Part shown: positions 57,403-64,000 of the stretch, piece after piece
How positions within the stretch are numbered: the first letter of the stretch is position 1
How the letters are laid out: every line of letters begins with the position of its first letter
DNA from: Candidatus Aquidulcis sp.
GTDB taxonomy: Bacteria; Chloroflexota; Anaerolineae; Anaerolineales; UBA4823
Direction of reading: 5' to 3'
Length of the DNA stretch: 64,000 bases
NCBI GenBank assembly: GCA_020723385.1
Contig: DYIZ01000013.1
Span: 1,733-65,732, forward strand
The notes under the pieces: generated by a model
What the model saw: the letters and a program-made list of their open reading frames with translations, nothing else
The model's database searches: none
Told to the model about the DNA's origin: nothing
Made by a program: the position numbers and the translations under genes

Positions 57403-57549
57403 GAGCCTGCCCGGATTGCAGGCTTTGGCCTGCCTGCTTCAGCGGACTGAAGTCCGCAATCCAGAGATTTACAATTACGAGCCTGCCCGGATTGCAGGCT
57501 TTAGCCTGCTTGCCTCAGCGGACTGAAGTCCGCAATCCAGAGGTTTACA
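57403..57549. repeat. Two tandem 71-bp REPIN-like units (period 76)
   Basis: GAGCCTGCCCGGATTGCAGGCTTT.GCCTG...GCGGACTGAAGTCCGCAATCCAGAG.TTTACA at 57403-57473 and 57479-57549. Confidence 0.85.
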
Positions 57550-57694
57550 GTCAAGTATTGAAAGCGTACCTGCTCACCTTTAGTGTACAGCAACCTTCGA
57601 CCTTTTGCAATAGATTTTCGGTACTCGAAAATGATAGGCGCATCCTTTCATCCGAAAATTTAAGCATGTTGTCGGTTTCACTTCACCCCCCGCG

Positions 57695-57703
57695 TGCTAT
57701 AAT
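57695..57703 (+). promoter_or_regulatory. Extended -10 promoter element for dnaE
   Basis: TGCTATAAT about 50 bp upstream of the ATG. Confidence 0.55.
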
Positions 57704-57755
57704 CCGACCATACTGGTTATATTCGCCCTATCCCCGACTGCGCCGCATCTTACCC

Positions 57756-60700
57756 ATGTCCTTTGTCCACCTCCACGTTCACTCCGAATATTCTCTGCTC
57801 GACGGCTTCAGCAACATCAAGAAGCTGGTAGCCCGCGCCAAAGCGCTGGGGATGCCCGCCTTGGGCCTCACCGATCACGGTACGATGTTTGGCGTGATTG
57901 ATTTCTACAACGCGGCCATGTCTGCCGGGATCAAGCCGATCATTGGCATCGAGGCCTACCTGGCTTCCCGTACCATGAAGGAGCGCAACCCCCAGGAGGA
58001 CAAGAAATCCACCCACATCCTGCTCCTGGCCGAAAACCAGACCGGATACCATAATCTGTTACAGCTTGCCAGCGCGGCGCAGCTCGAAGGATTCTATTAC
58101 TACCCACGTGTTGACCATGAACGGCTCGCCCAATTCTCTGAAGGGCTGATCTGCTCATCGGGCTGCATGTCTGCCGAGGTGCCGCGTCTCATTCAGCAGG
58201 GCAACATGGACGGGGCGCGCAAGACCCTCGATTGGTACTACGAAACCTTTGGGAAAGATAATTTCTTCCTCGAGTTGCAATCCCATGACATCCCCGAGCT
58301 GGAGCAGATCAACAAGAGTTTGCTCGACCTGGGGAGGCGCTACGACGCCCGCTTCATCGCCACCAACGACGTTCACTACATCAACCGGGAGGATGCCCGC
58401 CTGCAGGACATCCTGCTCGCCATTCAAACCGGCTGCGTGCTCTCCGATCCCAACCGGATGCGCATGACCGACAACAGCTACTACCTGCGCACGGCGGAGG
58501 AAATGACCAGCTTGTTTGCCGGAGTGCCCGACGCGCTCAATAACACGCTGCTCATCGCCGAACGCTGCAACGTTGACCTGGGATTCAAGGGTTACCACCT
58601 GCCGAATTTCGACGTGCCCGAGGGCTGCACCCCCGAGAGCTATCTCCGGGAGTTGTGCGAGACCGGGTTACAGCGGCGTTTTGGCGCACGGGCCGGGGAC
58701 GCGGTATACCGCCAGCGGCTCGAGTACGAATTGGGCATCATCCACACGATGGGTTTCGACACGTATTTCCTGATTGTGTGGGATTTGTGCCGCTACGCGC
58801 GCGAGCAGGGAATCTGGTACAACGCGCGTGGTTCAGCCGCCGGCTCGATCGTGGCCTACTGCCTCGATATTACCGTGGTGGACCCAATCGAACACGGTCT
58901 CATCTTCGAGCGGTTTCTCAACCCTGGGCGCATCTCCATGCCCGACATTGACCTGGACTTCCGTGACGACCGCCGCGCCGATATGCTCGAATACACCGCC
59001 CACAAATACGGCGATGACAAAGTGGCGCAGATCATCACCTTTGGCACGCTCGGCGCACGCGCCGCTATCCGCGATGTGGGCCGGGTGATGGACATCCCCC
59101 TGAGCGAGGTGGACAAAGCCGCCAAACTGATCCCCAACATCCCCGGCAAGCCGGTCAGCATCCAGGATGCGCTCGAAGAAGTCCCCGAATTCAAAAAACT
59201 CTACGATTCCGAAGAATTCCTGCACGATCTGATTGACACCGCCAGCCAGATGGAAGGCGTGGTACGCAATGCCGGCACGCACGCCGCCGGGGTGGTCATC
59301 ACTGACAAACCGGTAGCCGAATATCTCCCCTTGCACCGTCCCACCGGGCAATCGGCCGAAGAATCGCCCATCAAAGCTGTGACTCAATTCGAGATGGGTA
59401 TCCTCGACTCGCTGGGCTTGCTCAAAGTGGATTTCCTCGGGCTGGCGACGCTCACCATCATGGCAAGGGCCTGCGACCTGATCCGCCAGCGGCACGGCAT
59501 CACCTTCGATCTCACCAACATCCCGGTGGATGATCCTGCAACCTACGAGCTGATGGGACGCGGCGATACGGCTGGGGTATTCCAGGTCGAAGGCAACGGT
59601 ATGCGCCGCTGGCTGGTGCAGATGAAGCCCAAAGAGCTGGCCAACGTCATCGCCATGGTGGCCCTATTCCGCCCCGGCCCGATGGATTTCATCCCCGGCT
59701 ACATCCGCCGGATGCATGGCGAGGAAAAGGTAGATTACCGCCATCCGCTGCTGGAACCCATTTTCAAGGAGACTTACGGGTATCCGGTCTATCAGGAACA
59801 GTTGATGTTCGCGGCGATCAACCTGGCCGGGTATACCCCTTCGGAATCCGACGAGCTGCGCAAAGCCATCTCGAAAAAACAAAAAGACAAGCTGCTGAAG
59901 CACCGCGAAAAATTCATCAAAGGCGCCAGGGAAAAGGATATTGCCGAGGACACCGCCGCAGCCATTTTCGATGATTGGGAAGAATTTGCGCGCTACGGAT
60001 TCAATAAATGTTTGCCTGGCGACACCGAAGTGGTAGATTATGCCACCGGCCGGCTCGTCAGGATCGAGGATATTTATACGGGTAAAGCTCATCTCGGAAA
60101 GACCGTATCGTGTGATACCCAGGCGCTTCGCCTGCAAACCGGGCAGGTATCGAACGTTATGGAAAATGGCGTCAAACCGGTTTTTCGTCTGACAACGGCC
60201 CTTGGCCGTCGCATCGAGGCAACTGCAAATCATCCCTTTTACACATATAATGGCTGGGAAATTCTCGATCACTTGCAAGCGGGTGATATGATCGCCACGC
60301 CACGCTGCATCCCGCTCAATGGACAGGCTGAATGGCCTGACCATGAAGTGATTGCTCTCGGGCATTTGTTGGCCGAAGGAAACTTATGCCATCCAAATTC
60401 CGTGTATTTTTACAGCCAGGATGATGACCAAGTGGCCGATTTTATCCATGCGGCCGAGCAATTCGACAATGTTCACTGCACTTCAGCACTTTACAAAGGC
60501 ACCTGGTCTGTCTATGCCAGTCGAGCAGATCGAAAGATCATCCCAGGTATCGTTCTGTGGGCACAAAGGATGGGGATTTGGGGTAAAAATGCCCGCCAAA
60601 AAGAAATCCCGGCGGCCGGTTTCGAACTTAATAACCGCCAAATTGGCCTGCTCATCAGCCGTATGTGGGAAGGCGATGGGCACATTGATGTCCCTGGGCG

Positions 60701-63038
60701 CAGTTTGTTCTATGCGACTGCATCGGAACGTATGGCGCGGCAACTACAGCATTTGCTTCTGCGGCTGGGAATCGTCAGCCGGCTGCGACAAGTGACTTTT
60801 CCCTACAAAGATGGTCGCACTGGCTATCAGCTTTTCATAACCAACAATAAAAATATCGTCGCCTTTGCACAGCAGATTGGCTGCTATTTCATAAGCGATA
60901 AACGTAAACGTGCGCTTGATACGCTGACCCTGGCCGGGAATCTCGAAGTGGGTACCCGCGATATCGTACCGCTTGCTGCAAAAGCGTTGATCCGCACCGC
61001 TAAGAAAAACCGCGGCGTCACCTGGCCAGAGATGAATGCTGCCTGTGGCGTTGCCCAACGCGAATTCTACCCGGCGCACACAATCACCAAACGCGGCTAT
61101 ACACGCGAAACGGTTGGCCGCCTGGCAGCTTATTTCGATGATCCCGCCCTTCGCCGGTTGGCCGACAACGATATCTATTGGGACGAAATCGTTGCGATTG
61201 AATACGTGGGCGAAAAACAGACTTATGATCTGGAAGTGGCCGATCTGCACAATTTCGTCGCCAACGATATTCTGGTTCATAACAGTCACGCAGCCGACTA
61301 CGGCATCATCGCCGTTCAGACGGGCTACCTGAAATGCCATTACCCGGTCGAGTACATGACCGCCCTCATGTCAGTGACCAAAAACGAGACCGAAAAGGTG
61401 GCCTGGTACGCCGCTGACTGCCGACGCATGGGGATTGACGTGATGCCGCCCGATGTCAACCACAGCGGGTGGGATTTCACCATCGAGGATTGCCCGGACG
61501 ATAAAAAAGGCGGTTGCAAATCCGTGATCCGCTTTGGGCTTGGGGCAATCAAAAACGTCGGGCAGGGCGCGGTAGAGGTAGTCATTGCTACCCGCGAAAA
61601 GGGCGGCGCTTTCAAGGATGTCAACGATTTCGCCCGCCGGGTGGATTTACGCCAGGTGGGTAAACGCGCCCTCGAGAGCATGATTCGCGTGGGGGCGATG
61701 GATTCCTTCGGTTCCCGCCCATCCCTTTTGGCTGCGCTCGACACGATCATGTCGGTCAACGCCGCCAATTTCCGCGCCGCGGAGGCCGGGCAGCTTTCCC
61801 TGTTTGGCGCGCACACCGGCGTGACCGATGAAGTCCACCTGCCCAAAGTCGTCACCGAAGTCAGCCGGCGCGAAATTCTCAATTGGGAGCGTGAGCTGAT
61901 CGGCCTGTACGTTTCCGACCATCCGCTCAGCCCGGTGATGGATCTATTGAACCAGACGGTCTCGCACTTCGCCGGGCAGTTGGCCGACGCCAACCATGGC
62001 GAGCGGGTGCGCGTGGCGGGCCTGGTCACCCGGATGCGCAACCACCAGACCAAAACCGGCGCACAGATGGCTTTTGTCACCATCGAAGACATCCAGGGCA
62101 ATATCGAATTGGTGATCTTCCCGCGCACCTGGGAAAAAGTGCAGTCCATGATCGAATTCGACAAGATCATCCTGGTGGACGGTAAAGTGGATAACGCCGA
62201 GGGCACCGACCCGAAGGTGCTGGTAGATGCGATCACGACCGAATTTAAAGTCACAACGTCGGTCGAATCTGCCAAGGTTGAAAGTTCGAAGGTTGAAGGT
62301 CCGAAGGTTCAAAGTTCGAAGGCTGAAAGCTCCAACCTTCAACCTTCAACTTCCAAACCTTCAACTTATTCAAAACCTTCGACCCCCAAGGCCGCCCCCG
62401 AACCCCGCAAGGTCGCCGAGACCCCCAAACCCGATTACACCCCGAGCGACGGCCCGCCCCCGCCGCCCGACAACTTCCCCGAAGAGTGGACGATTGTCTC
62501 CGAAATGGCCCCCGGCGGATTCGTGACCGAGACGGCACGCACCGCCCCGCTGACGCCGCCCCCAGCGCCCACGCCAGTGATGGATGAACCGGACGAACCC
62601 GAGTCGCCGCGCATTTCACTGCCCGAAAAAGCCGCCCCTACCGGAGCTGCAAAGCCCGCGCAGGCCCCATTGGAGACGCGTCCCCCAATGCAAAAACCGG
62701 CATCCGAACCGCTGCCCCTTGCCGTGCCGCCGCCGGCCATCCCGTACATTGTCTCCCCGGTTCCAGCGACCTCGGGGGAAGACATCCACATGCTCACCCT
62801 CGTCATGCGCTCCTGCGGCGACAAGGTGCGCGACAACCTGCGCATCCGGCAGGCGTATGGCACGCTCATCTCCTACCCCGGCAACGACAAATTTGCCTTC
62901 CAGGTCTTCGAGCGCGGGCGCGGCTACCTGGTCGAGTTTCCCAATTTCACCACCGGCCTGTGCCCCGAGCTGGTCGCCCGGCTGCAAGAGCTGGTGGGGG
63001 CGGAGAATGTGCGGGTGGAGCCGATTACGATATTGTGA
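57756..63038 (+). CDS. dnaE: DNA polymerase III alpha subunit, intein-containing
   Basis: FVHLHVHSEYSLLDG, RGSAAGS, MPDIDLDF, HAAGVVI, KVDFLGL, YGFNK/SHA and an OB fold; start set at MSFVHLH. Confidence 0.97.
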   Translation: MSFVHLHVHSEYSLLDGFSNIKKLVARAKALGMPALGLTDHGTMFGVIDFYNAAMSAGIKPIIGIEAYLASRTMKERNPQEDKKSTHILLLAENQTGYHNLLQLASAAQLEGFYYYPRVDHERLAQFSEGLICSSGCMSAEVPRLIQQGNMDGARKTLDWYYETFGKDNFFLELQSHDIPELEQINKSLLDLGRRYDARFIATNDVHYINREDARLQDILLAIQTGCVLSDPNRMRMTDNSYYLRTAEEMTSLFAGVPDALNNTLLIAERCNVDLGFKGYHLPNFDVPEGCTPESYLRELCETGLQRRFGARAGDAVYRQRLEYELGIIHTMGFDTYFLIVWDLCRYAREQGIWYNARGSAAGSIVAYCLDITVVDPIEHGLIFERFLNPGRISMPDIDLDFRDDRRADMLEYTAHKYGDDKVAQIITFGTLGARAAIRDVGRVMDIPLSEVDKAAKLIPNIPGKPVSIQDALEEVPEFKKLYDSEEFLHDLIDTASQMEGVVRNAGTHAAGVVITDKPVAEYLPLHRPTGQSAEESPIKAVTQFEMGILDSLGLLKVDFLGLATLTIMARACDLIRQRHGITFDLTNIPVDDPATYELMGRGDTAGVFQVEGNGMRRWLVQMKPKELANVIAMVALFRPGPMDFIPGYIRRMHGEEKVDYRHPLLEPIFKETYGYPVYQEQLMFAAINLAGYTPSESDELRKAISKKQKDKLLKHREKFIKGAREKDIAEDTAAAIFDDWEEFARYGFNKCLPGDTEVVDYATGRLVRIEDIYTGKAHLGKTVSCDTQALRLQTGQVSNVMENGVKPVFRLTTALGRRIEATANHPFYTYNGWEILDHLQAGDMIATPRCIPLNGQAEWPDHEVIALGHLLAEGNLCHPNSVYFYSQDDDQVADFIHAAEQFDNVHCTSALYKGTWSVYASRADRKIIPGIVLWAQRMGIWGKNARQKEIPAAGFELNNRQIGLLISRMWEGDGHIDVPGRSLFYATASERMARQLQHLLLRLGIVSRLRQVTFPYKDGRTGYQLFITNNKNIVAFAQQIGCYFISDKRKRALDTLTLAGNLEVGTRDIVPLAAKALIRTAKKNRGVTWPEMNAACGVAQREFYPAHTITKRGYTRETVGRLAAYFDDPALRRLADNDIYWDEIVAIEYVGEKQTYDLEVADLHNFVANDILVHNSHAADYGIIAVQTGYLKCHYPVEYMTALMSVTKNETEKVAWYAADCRRMGIDVMPPDVNHSGWDFTIEDCPDDKKGGCKSVIRFGLGAIKNVGQGAVEVVIATREKGGAFKDVNDFARRVDLRQVGKRALESMIRVGAMDSFGSRPSLLAALDTIMSVNAANFRAAEAGQLSLFGAHTGVTDEVHLPKVVTEVSRREILNWERELIGLYVSDHPLSPVMDLLNQTVSHFAGQLADANHGERVRVAGLVTRMRNHQTKTGAQMAFVTIEDIQGNIELVIFPRTWEKVQSMIEFDKIILVDGKVDNAEGTDPKVLVDAITTEFKVTTSVESAKVESSKVEGPKVQSSKAESSNLQPSTSKPSTYSKPSTPKAAPEPRKVAETPKPDYTPSDGPPPPPDNFPEEWTIVSEMAPGGFVTETARTAPLTPPPAPTPVMDEPDEPESPRISLPEKAAPTGAAKPAQAPLETRPPMQKPASEPLPLAVPPPAIPYIVSPVPATSGEDIHMLTLVMRSCGDKVRDNLRIRQAYGTLISYPGNDKFAFQVFERGRGYLVEFPNFTTGLCPELVARLQELVGAENVRVEPITIL
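60009..61283 (+). mobile_element. 425-aa intein with a LAGLIDADG homing endonuclease
   Basis: YGFNK|CLPGDT...TANHPF...LGHLLAEG...MWEGDG...TYDLEV..HNFVANDILVHN|SHAA. Confidence 0.95.
62274..62383. repeat. AAGGTTG / CAACCTT heptamer-type inverted array in the dnaE linker
   Basis: Encodes KVESSKVEGPKVQSSKAESSNLQPSTSKPST; similar array at 20170-20231. Confidence 0.7.
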
Positions 63039-63110
63039 GACAAAGAGTCACTGTAAAAAGTGCAGGAAAGGGAAATTTTGACCTAATAGATCGAATCAAG
63101 AGGTTATTTC

Positions 63111-63425
63111 ATGAGTAAGCATGGAAAAGCTACTGATTTTTTGACGGAGCACGAAGAGTGGGTCCGCCATGCACAGAATCCCCACTACAACCTGGGGAAA
63201 TTCGATAGTTTCAGGAGACGACAAGCATTAATCATGAGGGTGGGTAATAAAGACAGGCAAATACTATTCTACTTTTTCAGTGCAATTGCTGTTTTCTGCC
63301 TTGCCCTTTACCTGAGTTCTCATTTGTCCGCGAATATCACCTTATGGGCAACCACCTGTATTGGGGGGATAATCATTCCTCTGGCACTGACAGCATGGGG
63401 TATTATCCTGTATCAACGCAAGTAG
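63111..63425 (+). CDS. Small hypothetical membrane protein
   Basis: GAGG RBS; two C-terminal hydrophobic segments; AT-rich. Confidence 0.6.
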   Translation: MSKHGKATDFLTEHEEWVRHAQNPHYNLGKFDSFRRRQALIMRVGNKDRQILFYFFSAIAVFCLALYLSSHLSANITLWATTCIGGIIIPLALTAWGIILYQRK

Positions 63426-63462
63426 CACAGATGGGGAAAATGACAACAAAAAAGCCGACTAT

Positions 63463-63999
63463 ATGAGGAGAATAAAATCTGGACTTATAGTTTGGCCGGT
63501 AATTCTTATGGAGTTGTTAGCGAACATCGTCTATTTAGGTTTGTGTCTTCACAAAATCAATGTACCTTTACCGCTCTATTACGAAGCGAGAAAAGTACTG
63601 CCAATAATCATTATTGTGGGCTTCTGCTTCCTGCTCCTGTCGCTGTTCAAGTCAAAAATATCTTCCGTTTTTCGTCTTTTATTGCTCATTGGAATTGTCC
63701 CTTTATCCTGTTGGAATATTTTATATGCCGTGATGTGGATTGAGTACCCACTAAACTCGGTGGAGTTGGGAGAACGAAACGTATTTTTGGTGACAGGTTT
63801 CGAAACTGGCGAAATATTTATTGGCTGCTATCTTTACGAATGCGATTCCAAGAGTTTGGATTGTCAGTCAACGACTTTATCCCTGGCTGAAACGGATGCT
63901 TGCAAATATCCAACAAAACTAATCGCCGATGAAGAAACAAGCGAGTTGCATATATTGTTGAAATTCCCAATGGATGAAAGCTATCGCTTGTATTACACC
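63463..63999 (+). CDS. Hypothetical membrane protein, 3'-truncated by the window edge (not in the ORF track)
   Basis: Open frame MRRIKSGLIVWPVILMELLANIVYLGL...YLYECDSKSLDC...RLYYT running to the window end; about 3 hydrophobic segments. Confidence 0.65.
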   Translation, partial: MRRIKSGLIVWPVILMELLANIVYLGLCLHKINVPLPLYYEARKVLPIIIIVGFCFLLLSLFKSKISSVFRLLLLIGIVPLSCWNILYAVMWIEYPLNSVELGERNVFLVTGFETGEIFIGCYLYECDSKSLDCQSTTLSLAETDACKYPTKLIADEETSELHILLKFPMDESYRLYYT

Positions 64000-64000
64000 G

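Noticed and set aside
57403-57549. Possible CRISPR array
   Set aside because: Only two 71-bp units with a 5-bp gap, no unique spacers and no cas genes in the window.
63492-63743. 83-aa ORF from the track
   Set aside because: A longer overlapping frame from 63463 to the window end has a coherent membrane-protein pattern.

Overview
GC-rich bacterial DNA, probably Chloroflexota/Anaerolineae (inferred from Pro/Thr-linker lipoproteins, a C-terminal 'IYLPV.RR' motif and multi-GAF kinases). Four blocks: (1) 1-1.9 kb: a histidine phosphatase, a 4Fe-4S protein and bacterioferritin. (2) 2-29.7 kb: a minus-strand beta-glucan utilisation cluster with a LacI regulator and CelR/CebR-type TGGGAGCGCTCCCA boxes, an ABC importer with a tandem-duplicated binding protein, GH1/GH3/GH26/GH-A hydrolases, four glycoside phosphorylases (one frameshifted) and a PIG-V-like GT-C transferase. 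(3) 35.5-57.4 kb, the best candidate for a new system: two convergent, mirror-like signalling operons. One runs SPFH-like protein, unknown protein, S1-S1-REC-GAF histidine kinase, REC-multiGAF kinase, REC-kinase fold, STAND-wHTH. The other runs truncated divergent alanyl-tRNA synthetase paralogue, 7-GAF kinase, pseudo-REC, REC, REC-kinase fold, REC-CHAT caspase-like protease. (4) dnaE with a LAGLIDADG intein, then AT-rich membrane ORFs. Several families of short palindromic repeats occur between genes and, unusually often, in-frame inside genes. All family calls come from motif recognition by eye; no searches were run.
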